A DNA stretch of 64,000 bases from the sequence record PP408249.1. One strand, written 5' to 3'. Positions 38,342 through 48,933 of the stretch are shown here, piece after piece (within the stretch, counting starts at the first letter, position 1; the number at the start of each line of letters is the position of its first letter). Position numbers and translations under genes: made by a program. The notes beneath the pieces are model-generated. The model saw nothing but the letters and a program-made list of their open reading frames with translations, had not been told where the DNA came from and did not search any database.

Positions 38342-38858
38342 TGGAACATTATAAGATTATATTTAGAAAACAAATATAACCCGAATGTCTCTAAATTACA
38401 TTATAACGTATTAATAGATATAATATATTAAGAATCTAAGCAATAAATATTTGCATATAAGAAGGATTCTAATATGTCATATAATCCAAATTTCAATACC
38501 TCTATTATAGGATTATCGTATAATTCTATAAAATTACATATAGCAGAACATGTACAAAAAGACATAAAAGGTAATACAGTTTACGTTATATCATTTGTAA
38601 ATGATTTTGGATTTATTTTTGCTAAGGTAAAAACTAAATATGATCCTAAAACTGTCTTATAATGCACGCCAAATATGCATAGAACCGAGTACCATATATA
38701 CATGTATATGGGTCCGGGGAGAAAAAGGGATAGTTTTGTATAGACATATGATTTATGATACAAAATCGATGAGTATAGGTAATTATGATTATACAACTTA
38801 TATTTCGCATGAAATAGGAGGCTTAGGCTGGACCAGTTATAAGAATTTAAAAAAATGC

Positions 38859-38887
38859 TAGATTTCGTTGTTATAAAACAGTATACT
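38859..38887 (+). promoter_or_regulatory. sigma70-type promoter with A-tract-ATGC upstream element
   Basis: AAAAAAATGC-TAGATT-17-TATACT. Confidence 0.6.
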
Positions 38888-38920
38888 AAACACTCAACAC
38901 ATTAACTAGCAGAGGTAAAC

Positions 38921-39070
38921 GTGGATAACATCAAATCGTGCAAATGCGCACATGATTTCCAGGACAGTGTGTACGGCAAAGGTAATCGTGTGCATAACGT
39001 GTTTACTAAGGGCTATCGTTGCACTGTTTGCGGTAAAGAAATTATTACTTCTTCCACTGGCAAGAAGTAA
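38921..39070 (+). CDS. Small zinc-ribbon-like protein (not in ORF track, 49 aa)
   Basis: GAGG RBS, GTG start, CKCAHDFQDSVYGKGNRVHN..YRCTVCG; own promoter and terminator 39076-39102. Confidence 0.75.
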   Translation: MDNIKSCKCAHDFQDSVYGKGNRVHNVFTKGYRCTVCGKEIITSSTGKK

Positions 39071-39192
39071 AATATAAAAAAGGGCACACTGTGCCCTTTT
39101 TTAATAGTAAGAAACAAAGTAAGTCATGCATTCAACTATCCATATTATACACTGTGAATTCTAATACACAGTGTATTGTTGCGAGTAATTAA

Positions 39193-39414
39193 ATGTCAAC
39201 GACGCCTAGGGGAAAGAAAACTAAAATAACATGCAATAATATAGAATGTAATAATGTATTCGAAGTAAGAATTGCCGATGTTAAAAGAGGTTGGGGACTA
39301 TATTGTTCTAAGTCTTGTAAACAAACTGCACAAGAGCAACAACGGCAAATGATAAAAAAATTATCCGGAGAACATTTGTTACCGAAGAATAAACGAAGAA
39401 AAAAGTATTGGTAA
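39193..39414 (+). CDS. Small Cys-containing phage protein
   Basis: CNNIEC..ADVKRGWGLYCSKSC. Confidence 0.75.
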   Translation: MSTTPRGKKTKITCNNIECNNVFEVRIADVKRGWGLYCSKSCKQTAQEQQRQMIKKLSGEHLLPKNKRRKKYW

Positions 39415-39588
39415 GAGGTATAGTATGAATTTAATACTAAACTATTCAATTTGTGCAAATACTACAGCTATAACTTTTTATATTTTCGGATTAAACATTA
39501 AAAAGGCATGGGTATACGTTACAAAGTCAGATAAGTATGGTAGGTATTTGTATGTATCTCAAGACGGATGTATGGGTGTCTTTCCTGA

Positions 39589-39885
39589 ATGGCAAATATA
39601 ATTAAAATGAAACCGATATTGTATTATGTAGGTGATAATCCCGAAGGGGCATTTTTGTGCGAAATTTATGGCAAGGACGACCCATTTATCAATAATAAAA
39701 CTAGATTTATTAAAGTTAATTCTATTTTTTATATATCTTTTATATCTGCTAAGTATACATATATAAAATTTCTAGTTAGATATAGATTTGTTACATGGAG
39801 GTTATACGACACTGACATTTATATTTCTTTTAGTAGAGCTATGACATCCGTTGAGCGGGAAATTAATAAAATAAGAGGAGTTTAA
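39589..39885 (+). CDS. Hypothetical protein
   Basis: 98 aa ORF. Confidence 0.55.
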   Translation: MANIIKMKPILYYVGDNPEGAFLCEIYGKDDPFINNKTRFIKVNSIFYISFISAKYTYIKFLVRYRFVTWRLYDTDIYISFSRAMTSVEREINKIRGV

Positions 39886-40021
39886 AAAATGCGTTATTTT
39901 GCACGTTTGCATTATGCTATACGCAAGTTTGCAATAACGTGCAAACGCATGTATAACGCTAATACAGCTAGCAATACAGTGCATAAAAACATGTACAGCA
40001 TACTAGCGTTACAACGCATAT
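39879..40021. repeat. GA/TC/GG/CC-free island
   Basis: 143 nt without the four dinucleotides; shares a 19-nt motif (inverted) with the 27.9 kb island and AAAAACATG with 16.36 and 52.89 kb. Confidence 0.9.
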
Positions 40022-40183
40022 CGTTGAACCATAAATGTATATATGTCTGGAGCAATATAGTATTCTTGACAGTTACTATCGATACCTTAATTACATATCA
40101 CATATATAGAAAAAGTTTGAGAACTGGTTTAGAGTCGTATAATTTTTCTTATGTACATGAATTAGTTTAGAAGGATATTAGGT

Positions 40184-40795
40184 TTGATTAAGTTAGTAAA
40201 ACCCATTGCATATTATGGACAAAAATTTGGTATCGCTGTTTCGGGCGGTATTGATTCTATGGTTGCATTGTCCTTCTTAAAGAAATATCCACAAAATAAC
40301 TTCGATGTCTTTCATGTAAACCACGGATCGGAGTATGATATCAAAGCAGAGCAATTTGTGAGAGATTATTGTAGCGACAATAAAATAAATTGCCATGTAT
40401 ATTGCATTAACACAAAAAAACCAAAAGGTTGTAGTTGGGAAGAACATTGGCGAAACGAACGATATAAATTTCTGCACTCTCATGAATTAGAAATCATGAC
40501 TGCACATACACTAGACGACAACGTAGAGACGTGGTTGTTTTATAGTATGCACGGTTCGCCTCGTATCATTCCGTATCGGAAAAAAAATGTCATCCGACCG
40601 TTTATGCTTACTACAAAAAACGAATTTAAAAAATATGCGAAAAGTAATGGTGTACAATGGTTAGAAGATCCTAGTAACCGAGACACCAATTTTAATAGAA
40701 ATCAAATTCGACATAATATAATTCCTCAAGCACTTAAAGTAAATCCAGGATTGTTTAAAGTGATTGCAAAAAAAGTAAGAGAAGAGAATGAATAA
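40184..40795 (+). CDS. tilS: tRNA(Ile)-lysidine synthase, minimal N-terminal PP-loop domain
   Basis: IAVSGGIDSM, HVNHG, RNERYKFL, TAHTLDDNVET, IRPF, WLEDPSN, RNQIRH; lacks C-terminal domains. Confidence 0.9.
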   Translation: MIKLVKPIAYYGQKFGIAVSGGIDSMVALSFLKKYPQNNFDVFHVNHGSEYDIKAEQFVRDYCSDNKINCHVYCINTKKPKGCSWEEHWRNERYKFLHSHELEIMTAHTLDDNVETWLFYSMHGSPRIIPYRKKNVIRPFMLTTKNEFKKYAKSNGVQWLEDPSNRDTNFNRNQIRHNIIPQALKVNPGLFKVIAKKVREENE

Positions 40796-40903
40796 ACGTT
40801 TACTTCTAACAATGTTTGTTATTTCTATTCAAGCGAGGAATTATCATATAATACCATATGCCGGTATTAAAAATAAACTTGTGTTTATTTTATCTAGTAG
40901 CAA

Positions 40904-41251
40904 ATGAATACTATAATAACGCTAAGTGCTTTGCAGGAAACAATACAAAGAGACGAATGGTCAGACCGCTATCATTTTGTTATTAAAGATAGGTATGGTA
41001 GTGATATATTGTATTGTATAGAATACGAAAATTCATTACAGTCGTGGTTTATAGACTATACATATAACAATAGTTTGATATACTTAGATATATTTAAAAT
41101 TCAGTTATTAACACAAAAAATATCATCTTATACTAGTAACAGAACAGTAGTATTATTATCGGACAGTATCTCGAATGTAATTTTATATTACGAAATAGCA
41201 AATGATAGTATTAGTAGTAAAAATTATTCATCTGAAATAGTATTAGCATAA
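40904..41251 (+). CDS. Hypothetical protein (start of small-ORF array)
   Basis: 115 aa; IITLSALQETI. Confidence 0.55.
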   Translation: MNTIITLSALQETIQRDEWSDRYHFVIKDRYGSDILYCIEYENSLQSWFIDYTYNNSLIYLDIFKIQLLTQKISSYTSNRTVVLLSDSISNVILYYEIANDSISSKNYSSEIVLA

Positions 41252-41463
41252 ATGAATGTATTTTAGTATAAGACCATAACGCACCATTTGCATTTAAATT
41301 CCAAACTAAAAATGTAACTTCTTTATGTATATTCTTATTATTGCAATTCTAGTAAAATCTGTACAACTATTGCTGAGTTAGATGTACAGGACAAAGAACC
41401 GCAAAATGCTTGACTATCCATTCGTGTTGGGTTAATTTAACAAAATTATATAAGGTATTTTAA

Positions 41464-41796
41464 GTGTTTATCATTAAATTACAAAGCAATTGTGACAAAA
41501 TAGAAATAGATAACTCAAAATACAATTACGGGTTTTTTATTGTTAACTCAGAAAACATGAAAGTATTCCATTACAGTAATAAAGAATCGTCTTTGTATTC
41601 TATGTTTGCAAAAAATCTACATATCAATGTATTTTTGGTGTCTACCTTGTGTTGTATTATATGTTTCGACTATCCTACTTTATACTTAGAAATGGAATCA
41701 AACCGTGCAGTGACATTAGGTATAAATCCATGTTTCTTAAATATAGATATACAAGGTTCTCGGTTCCATAATTGGGATCCGGTGTGTTTTGTATAA
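41464..41796 (+). CDS. Small-ORF family member
   Basis: MFIIKLQSNCDKI. Confidence 0.6.
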   Translation: MFIIKLQSNCDKIEIDNSKYNYGFFIVNSENMKVFHYSNKESSLYSMFAKNLHINVFLVSTLCCIICFDYPTLYLEMESNRAVTLGINPCFLNIDIQGSRFHNWDPVCFV

Positions 41797-41846
41797 ACAT
41801 GTGATATAATTTGTGTTTAGTCATTTCTTTTAAATAAGGTTTTGAA

Positions 41847-42188
41847 ATGAAAGAAAACAATATACTAGAAATGCAAGCAGGATGCTCAAACGTGACTGTT
41901 ATAGGTAACAGTGTTATAAGTATAGAAGGATTATATGACAAACCAACAAAAACATTAAACTTTTTTGTAAGATATAATTTAAACCATGATTCAGAGCACT
42001 TATCATACATTTACACATTTAAAAATGATATATGTGTACTGTCTTTATCTAGTAAATGTTTTATGATTAAAATGGCCTCAGAGATGTATTATAAAACTAG
42101 ATCTGTATGTATTATTAATAATAAAGGAAACGGATTGTTATATAGTTACAAAAATCACACATGGGCTCGGACATGCATTCTAATATAG
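41847..42188 (+). CDS. Small-ORF family member (divergent)
   Basis: NILEMQAGCSNV..VLSLSSKCFMI. Confidence 0.55.
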   Translation: MKENNILEMQAGCSNVTVIGNSVISIEGLYDKPTKTLNFFVRYNLNHDSEHLSYIYTFKNDICVLSLSSKCFMIKMASEMYYKTRSVCIINNKGNGLLYSYKNHTWARTCILI

Positions 42189-42520
42189 AAAAAATTTATT
42201 ATATTTCTAAAAATACACGAAGTATAAAGGTAATGGACCATACAATCACTATATGGTCGTTATATATTTCACCTAATATTACTATAATTTTATGGGCAAC
42301 TAATTTAACTACAGGATTATGTACCTTAAAATATAAAAATGAATTCAAAATAGATTTATTTAAATTAGTCAATACAGTGTATTCTATAAAAAACAGATAT
42401 AGAAACAGTACATATGTATTAGATGATATAATGCACAATACTATATGCTCTGTGGGTATATTAAGACCCCGTATTGCAGATGAAGTATATTGCAGATATA
42501 GAATATCGTATGTCAGCTAG
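42161..42520 (+). CDS. Small-ORF family member (divergent)
   Basis: KIYYISKNTRSI. Confidence 0.55.
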   Translation: MGSDMHSNIEKIYYISKNTRSIKVMDHTITIWSLYISPNITIILWATNLTTGLCTLKYKNEFKIDLFKLVNTVYSIKNRYRNSTYVLDDIMHNTICSVGILRPRIADEVYCRYRISYVS

Positions 42521-42989
42521 CATTACATATATTGTATCAATTACTGCTAGATGCACGTCTATATCTGAAGATGCGTATAGTGATTTCGTTACATTTTGTA
42601 TAGCAGATGTATTTGGTAATTATATAATTCAATATATAACAGAACGCAACAATAAGTTTATAGCTGTATATGAATATACATTTTCTACAATATGATATGT
42701 CTGATTCAAGTATATTATGCAATATAACAAGATATTCGTATACAATAAGACTGAGTAATTATACATCGTTTCATTTTGTTATATTCGGAATGGGTAGGCC
42801 TATAACAAAAGTTGTATCCAGTATACTGTGTACTCCTATTCATATAATAGATGTGTGTAATGTTTCGCATCGTGCAAGAGATACGATTTTTTCGTACAAT
42901 GACACTCAATTACACAGTTCTTCGCATTTGTTTACTATATCATTTCGGAAGTTAAAAGCATATACTATGATAAACGTATCCTACATAAT

Positions 42990-43484
42990 ATGATATTTCA
43001 AAAACCATTTATAGAATTGAATAATATCCCAGATTACACACATCCGGGCGGATTTGCATACCAACGAAAAAATCATATACACGAAGGCGTAGACCTTTAT
43101 TGTAAAAATAAAGAACCTGTGTTTACAATGCTATCGGGTAAAGTAGTTAATATAATAAAAGATTTTACAGGACCAGGTTGCGGAACACCTTGGTGGAATA
43201 AAACAAGTGCATTAGTAGTAGAAGACGTATTTGGTGTATGGGTATACGGCGAAATATTAGTAGGAAATTGGATTAACATAGGAGATACTGTACCAGCTGG
43301 AACATGTATCGGCAGAGTAGAACAAGTGTTAAAAAAGAACAAAGGACGTCCTATGTCTATGCTTCACGTAGAACGATATACAAAAGGAACTACAAATTCT
43401 ATTGGATTATGGCAATTAAATACTAGCAGACCTGAAAATTTATTAGATCCAACACCTTTGTTACGGCGTATCATAAATGAATAA
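42990..43484 (+). CDS. M23-family peptidase-like protein
   Basis: IHEGVDLY (HxxxD), PVFTMLSGKVV, VPAGTCIGRV, MLHVE. Confidence 0.8.
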   Translation: MIFQKPFIELNNIPDYTHPGGFAYQRKNHIHEGVDLYCKNKEPVFTMLSGKVVNIIKDFTGPGCGTPWWNKTSALVVEDVFGVWVYGEILVGNWINIGDTVPAGTCIGRVEQVLKKNKGRPMSMLHVERYTKGTTNSIGLWQLNTSRPENLLDPTPLLRRIINE

Positions 43485-43809
43485 TATATTATATGTTCAG
43501 AATTTTATAAGAAGTAGAAAATTAGAAGCAGAATACGGATGTATAGTTACCATTAATAATACAGGATCTAGAGAATTTATAGCATATCATCTCGAAAGCT
43601 GGCATAATTGTTCATTTATATCCTATAATAATTGCAGTATAGATATTATTGCATTATGTAACCATACCCACACGATAGCATATGGATCAGATAATGCAAG
43701 TTTTGTAATAAAAAATAATAACAGAAATATACTACTGTCAGCAGTTGCTAACAAGACGAATATATGTTATTCATCTGCTGTAATTATAAATATTTCTGTT
43801 TTATTATAA
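43477..43809 (+). CDS. Small-ORF family member
   Basis: MNNILYVQNFI..IIALCNHTHTI. Confidence 0.6.
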   Translation: MNNILYVQNFIRSRKLEAEYGCIVTINNTGSREFIAYHLESWHNCSFISYNNCSIDIIALCNHTHTIAYGSDNASFVIKNNNRNILLSAVANKTNICYSSAVIINISVLL

Positions 43810-43810
43810 A

Positions 43811-44134
43811 ATGAATTTAATATTTTGTATAGCTAGCATTGATAATATACAAATAGGTATAGACCGGTCAATCGGACATATAAACAATATAATATATATT
43901 CGAACTAGCCCCTCTAACGATATAATCAAATATATAACAGAAGTAAAATATGGTAAAACAGTATCACTTATGTTAAATCTCGATATATCAGTATATAAAG
44001 AATTATTTATTTTTATTTTGTCATGTAAATGTAAACACATCACTGAACTAAGAATATACAATAAAGTAGTATTTTATTTTTATTCTGATACCAGGAGATC
44101 TTTAACAGATTTGTTATATTACATAGGTCAGTGA
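43811..44134 (+). CDS. Small-ORF family member
   Basis: MNLIFCIAS..IFILSCKCKHI. Confidence 0.6.
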   Translation: MNLIFCIASIDNIQIGIDRSIGHINNIIYIRTSPSNDIIKYITEVKYGKTVSLMLNLDISVYKELFIFILSCKCKHITELRIYNKVVFYFYSDTRRSLTDLLYYIGQ

Positions 44135-44246
44135 CAGTACATTTACAGAAAAATATAATATCTTATGTATTATTCATTATAAAAACTCTGTTGTGTTATT
44201 AAGTGTTGTATGTTAGTGTGCAAGTTAATTAAATGCGGAACACCAA

Positions 44247-44540
44247 ATGGATATTATTCTTTTTATATCAAATAATACATACTATATAACATCAACGAGT
44301 AATAGCACATTCTTATTATACAGATTTGATCAAAAATGTATCTATGTTGTAACAAAAAATCTTAATTCACATCCGGTAGTGATAGACGACGGAAGTAATG
44401 GCTGGGGGACAATATATGAGATTCCCGCACTAGTTCAGTTTTACACAGATATTTTTAAATTTTCTGTGCATCACGAATTAATTCAAATATATGTGCTCAC
44501 AAAAGTAGGTCAATTTTTCTCTAAGATTGTCACTTACTAA
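44247..44540 (+). CDS. Small-ORF family member
   Basis: MDIILFISNNTYYI..ALVQFYTDI. Confidence 0.65.
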   Translation: MDIILFISNNTYYITSTSNSTFLLYRFDQKCIYVVTKNLNSHPVVIDDGSNGWGTIYEIPALVQFYTDIFKFSVHHELIQIYVLTKVGQFFSKIVTY

Positions 44541-44862
44541 TATAATTGTACAATACATAGGTAATTTGATGGACAATATATTTTATATTTCGTGCGAGAT
44601 AGCTGTCCAGTGTTCTAATATAACTACATTTTATTTAATTAATAAACACAATAGAGTATTTTATGCAATACGTTCAGCCGCAGGACACCCAATCGACATT
44701 TTCGATTTTGATTGGAAACAAAAAATCTTACTAACGTCTAAATATTGTAATAAGCTTTTATTTATTATTGGTAGAGAAAAGATACAGGTAACTACTACTA
44801 AGTTAAAGATATTTTATTGTCTTAGTAACGTATCTGCTAAATCAGATCAAGTTACACCATAA
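44527..44862 (+). CDS. Small-ORF family member
   Basis: MDNIFYISCEI (likely internal start). Confidence 0.55.
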   Translation: MSLTNIIVQYIGNLMDNIFYISCEIAVQCSNITTFYLINKHNRVFYAIRSAAGHPIDIFDFDWKQKILLTSKYCNKLLFIIGREKIQVTTTKLKIFYCLSNVSAKSDQVTP

Positions 44863-45083
44863 ATATCATACCATTAATTTTAATTAGTGTATACTAGTTA
44901 TTGTGACACTATTAAATATGTCAATTAGATAAAATAAATTATTAATGAAAAATCTATTTCCTACCGGATGCATATTTAATATATTGGTATTATCTTATCA
45001 CACAGATACAATATATGCTGCATGTTACTCAGATTGTCGTGTTATTGCACTAAACAGTTATTATACATACTATATACCTTTAA

Positions 45084-45350
45084 ATGACTAAATTAATACT
45101 TACAATTTCTATTAATACTAAACAGATAGCATTATTAGACGATGTTGTGCGTTTTCAAAATTATAATAAAGTGGTATACTTTATAAATTTTTTATCTAAA
45201 ACTAAGTCATTAATTGTTGTAGACGAATTAATAACAGATAGTTTTATTATCATTTATATAAGTAAAAATTGTTCCGAAATTTATGTCACCCCCAGATATG
45301 CTTTTATACGCAATTGCAATGGCGTTATCATGACTAGTTGTGTTAATTAG
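45084..45350 (+). CDS. Small-ORF family member
   Basis: KLILTISINTKQI..IIYISKNCSEI. Confidence 0.65.
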   Translation: MTKLILTISINTKQIALLDDVVRFQNYNKVVYFINFLSKTKSLIVVDELITDSFIIIYISKNCSEIYVTPRYAFIRNCNGVIMTSCVN

Positions 45351-45364
45351 GATATCTATACTTA

Positions 45365-45658
45365 ATGAAATATGATTTTATATTACATATAAGTAATAAC
45401 ACAAATTGTATTATATTCGACACAAATATTACCTTTGTTGGCAATAAAGGTATATTCTTTTATAAAATAATACCAATACACTTGCATGGTATGTGTAATT
45501 TTCCTTATATAGATAACAGTTGGTCAAACTATATTTCATTACCTATAATTATACAATATTATACAAATAAACTGGTATATTTACCGTCTATTATACTTTT
45601 CCGTCAAAATAAATCTAATATATCAGCAGATGCTGTATTTCATACAAATATGTTATGA
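45365..45658 (+). CDS. Small-ORF family member
   Basis: DFILHISNNTNCI..IIIQYYTNKL. Confidence 0.65.
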   Translation: MKYDFILHISNNTNCIIFDTNITFVGNKGIFFYKIIPIHLHGMCNFPYIDNSWSNYISLPIIIQYYTNKLVYLPSIILFRQNKSNISADAVFHTNML

Positions 45659-45936
45659 ACGATGAATTAATACTATTGTTAAGTAAAGAGACTTATATAA
45701 CTTCATTTTCTCATAACTGTGTAGACTTGTTCAACGCTGCTGGAATCATATTTTATAGCATATCTATACCATACATGGGTTCCCGTGCTGCTAGCAGAAT
45801 ACATCATTTATATTTGTGTGTGTTTACACTATCTCCTTTTATAATACAATCATTTTGCCGCGTAATATTCGATAATAAGTATACAATTTGCATATCATAT
45901 AATGGTACACTTATATGGAAAGGTCTTTACCAATAA
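45655..45936 (+). CDS. Small-ORF family member
   Basis: ELILLLSKETYI..FIIQSFCRVI. Confidence 0.65.
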   Translation: MNDELILLLSKETYITSFSHNCVDLFNAAGIIFYSISIPYMGSRAASRIHHLYLCVFTLSPFIIQSFCRVIFDNKYTICISYNGTLIWKGLYQ

Positions 45937-46005
45937 CTTTTTCAGTTGCTATAACATGCACAATGTGCAATAATAAAAAACAATGTGCAATTGTGAATAA
46001 AATGT

Positions 46006-46311
46006 ATGAATATTATCATTAACATTCAAGCATCAACATCCGAAATCTTCTTTGACACAGACTGTATCACGTTAATAACGAGTTTAGGCGGTCATGTTCT
46101 TTCGATAAACCGAAGAACAGGAAAAGGCGCAGTTGTACTTCATAATATAAAGTTAGATTCCATCTATCGTATCCTACTATTACAGCACGCAACTGCATCA
46201 CTTGTTGTATGGGGTGCTGTGGATATTAAAGTATCATTTAAAGATATAGACGATGAATACATTTTCCTTGCTATAGGAAGAAGATATTATCACGGCAAAT
46301 GGTTAAAATAA
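46006..46311 (+). CDS. Small-ORF family member
   Basis: MNIIINIQASTSEI..ILLLQHATASL. Confidence 0.7.
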   Translation: MNIIINIQASTSEIFFDTDCITLITSLGGHVLSINRRTGKGAVVLHNIKLDSIYRILLLQHATASLVVWGAVDIKVSFKDIDDEYIFLAIGRRYYHGKWLK

Positions 46312-46580
46312 TTCTGACTATGCATAAAATTTATTATGACGAAATTTTAGAAATATCTAATAAAGCTAGATTAATTGTAATTTACTCTGGCATATGTTCT
46401 ATATACACAAAACCTTCTGTTTATTATAATGTAAATTATAACTTTTATAGTAATCCATTTAGTTTGTGGAATAGGGCAGTATTTATAGCATCTAAACAAT
46501 GCGGGTACATAGCATTCACTGATAACCGGGTGCGTATATTAACTGATAAAAAAATAATGTGGTATTATAATTATCTATAA
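46299..46580 (+). CDS. Small-ORF family member
   Basis: KIILTMH..VFIASKQCGYI. Confidence 0.6.
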   Translation: MVKIILTMHKIYYDEILEISNKARLIVIYSGICSIYTKPSVYYNVNYNFYSNPFSLWNRAVFIASKQCGYIAFTDNRVRILTDKKIMWYYNYL

Positions 46581-46595
46581 GGTATAGATCGAAAA

Positions 46596-46904
46596 ATGGT
46601 ATATAAAATACCGAACGACAAGTGTATGTTGTTAATATTTCTGAGTAGTATCACTGATACTATATCCATAGAAATCAGTTTTAGAAAAAGAATTAGAAAA
46701 TGTTTGTACACACTAAAAATATACAAAGGTGATAACATTTGCATATTTATAAATGGCGTACTATTATTTAAAAAAGTTATATGTAACGATATGATAATTC
46801 CTATTTTGATACAATCAGTCACAAGATCGATATCAATGCATAACGACTTCTTAGAAGTATTTTCTAACAAATATTATTTGACGTTATTTAGAAAACTAAC
46901 ATAG
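46596..46904 (+). CDS. Small-ORF family member
   Basis: LLIFLSSITDTI..ILIQSVTRSI. Confidence 0.6.
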   Translation: MVYKIPNDKCMLLIFLSSITDTISIEISFRKRIRKCLYTLKIYKGDNICIFINGVLLFKKVICNDMIIPILIQSVTRSISMHNDFLEVFSNKYYLTLFRKLT

Positions 46905-46924
46905 TCTTAAATGGGCAAAAATGC

Positions 46925-47176
46925 ATGATTGTTATACTTCTTTCACACTTTACATATGAACTAAATGCACAGTTTAATGAATTAGAACTTACTGTGTATG
47001 GTAATAGATTAGCGCAAATATATCCAACTGCATTTATAGATACTAACATTCTATGGCATTATATGAGTGAATCTGATTTCTTACTATTTTATATTTCTAA
47101 TAATGCAAAAACGATAAAATTAAACCATTCACACCGAATATTATTATATAACTCTCCCATACCTCACTATATTTAA
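46925..47176 (+). CDS. Small-ORF family member
   Basis: MIVILLSHFTYEL..LFYISNNAKTI. Confidence 0.65.
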   Translation: MIVILLSHFTYELNAQFNELELTVYGNRLAQIYPTAFIDTNILWHYMSESDFLLFYISNNAKTIKLNHSHRILLYNSPIPHYI

Positions 47177-47519
47177 AAAGATAAGTATGCGAACTATCAT
47201 TTAAATAGTTGTTGTACAGAAACTACATTATTGAACTCTTTTAATGAGCAGATTAATGTCCATCTAAACCCTATGTGCAACCTACCATTTATTATATCAA
47301 GTAATTCCCACAAACTAATCTACGGACAGTATTTTAACAATACAAGAGGTCCAGGCATATACATTGCTAATATAAATGGATTTATATTTCTATGCTCAGT
47401 TGCTACTATTTCTAATTTTCGAATGTGTTTTAGTATGCTTAACGAAATAGATCCTTTGTATATACAATACAAATGCGATTCAATAAAAACAATAAACACA
47501 ATTACGTATTATAGACTAA

Positions 47520-47846
47520 ATGTCAATTCATTACTTAATACAATGTTATGTAAAGAATATTATGAATTTAATACTTGAATTAGTAAGAAACACAAGTAAA
47601 ATCATACCGCATGATGGTCTAAATGCTGCTAGATTTATTCTTGTAAATACCCATTATATAAAAATAGCATCTTTTTGTTTATCATTTTCTACATGGACCT
47701 GCCAGACATTTTTAAGAATAAACCAGTTTCAAATGTCAGAATCTACGTTAGTTATCATATCTAATAAAATAAAGAAGATCAAAAGAATGGAAAAATCATA
47801 CGCTTTGGTTTTTGACGAATCATATATCCGGTTGAAAATCGAATGA
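47520..47846 (+). CDS. Small-ORF family member
   Basis: MNLILELVRNTSKI (likely internal start)..LVIISNKIKKI. Confidence 0.6.
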   Translation: MSIHYLIQCYVKNIMNLILELVRNTSKIIPHDGLNAARFILVNTHYIKIASFCLSFSTWTCQTFLRINQFQMSESTLVIISNKIKKIKRMEKSYALVFDESYIRLKIE

Positions 47847-48097
47847 TAATACATATCTCACATTTAACACATAAAATAGATGCATATGCTAACTATATAA
47901 TCGTCATTAATAAAACTAAAGAAATTATAATTTGCCATTACATGTATGGCCAAACTAAAATTTACATTAGCAAATTATTACTAAATATTGATTTAATCTG
48001 TTACATTCAACATAACACAAAAACTATTAGTTATCCCATTGTAAATAGCCATTTTCTAGCGTATCCATATCTTTGCAACAATGCCTTGGTTATATAA
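47843..48097 (+). CDS. Small-ORF family member
   Basis: MIIHISHLTHKI..ICYIQHNTKTI. Confidence 0.65.
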   Translation: MIIHISHLTHKIDAYANYIIVINKTKEIIICHYMYGQTKIYISKLLLNIDLICYIQHNTKTISYPIVNSHFLAYPYLCNNALVI

Positions 48098-48381
48098 TTA
48101 TGGATTTTATTTTCCTACTACAACATAACACTTCTATTATATTATATCGTAATAGTATTATAGAATTATACACAGAAGACGAAATGCCAGTAATAGACAT
48201 AGATATAACAAATTCTATGTTCATATATCAAGGTATTTTTAATGACAAAACTGCAATATTCTGTCTACAACAAAATACACACACGATACATATAGAATCA
48301 TCAAATTCTTATTATATGATAAGAATGAGAAATATGTACCATAGAAACGTTTATTATATTATAACACATGGATTATATTAA
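48073..48381 (+). CDS. Small-ORF family member
   Basis: MDFIFLLQHNTSII..IFCLQQNTHTI. Confidence 0.7.
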   Translation: MQQCLGYIIMDFIFLLQHNTSIILYRNSIIELYTEDEMPVIDIDITNSMFIYQGIFNDKTAIFCLQQNTHTIHIESSNSYYMIRMRNMYHRNVYYIITHGLY

Positions 48382-48652
48382 ACTTATCTCTTCAGAAGTA
48401 AATCAAATTAAAAAATCCACCCACTCTGGCAGCACCCGTCACGGCTTAACACTATATAACGTACATGACCAACCCATAATAGAAATAAAGATCCAAAAAA
48501 TAATATCCCGTGTATATGTGCGTGCGAACTACGATAAGTTGTGTAACGAAATCTGCATTCTTCATATACAAAGTCAAACAACTTTAATATCTACCACACG
48601 GAACTCACTAGTAATCTTTACTTCCCACTATATAGTTCACTCTATCATATGA
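48368..48652 (+). CDS. Small-ORF family member
   Basis: MDYIKLISSEVNQI..ILHIQSQTTLI. Confidence 0.7.
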   Translation: MDYIKLISSEVNQIKKSTHSGSTRHGLTLYNVHDQPIIEIKIQKIISRVYVRANYDKLCNEICILHIQSQTTLISTTRNSLVIFTSHYIVHSII

Positions 48653-48933
48653 ACCTAATCCTCGCACTGCAAAATAAAACTAGATATATATCCCAATTTG
48701 ATACTACTTATCGTTTAATTAACTCAGATAGAAAATGCTTTTATCTTATAACACGCAAGAACAAAAAGACCACAGTAGACATAGACTATAATATCTTCAA
48801 TGATATTTTCGGCATACTACATTTACAGTCTAAAACACATATACTACAACGTGCATATTACCTAATAAAAATATATGATGTATGTACGGATTTAATATTT
48901 TTTATATACATCCATAACTATAACCATAAATGA
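48649..48933 (+). CDS. Small-ORF family member
   Basis: MNLILALQNKTRYI..ILHLQSKTHIL. Confidence 0.7.
   Translation: MNLILALQNKTRYISQFDTTYRLINSDRKCFYLITRKNKKTTVDIDYNIFNDIFGILHLQSKTHILQRAYYLIKIYDVCTDLIFFIYIHNYNHK

Noticed and set aside
39889-40170. 93 aa ORF with a GAGGAG upstream
   Set aside because: Its first half lies in a GA/TC/GG/CC-free island that forbids Asp, Glu, Gly, Pro and Trp codons; openness is explained by the DNA constraint. The RBS-like string is the end of the previous gene. Not excluded absolutely.
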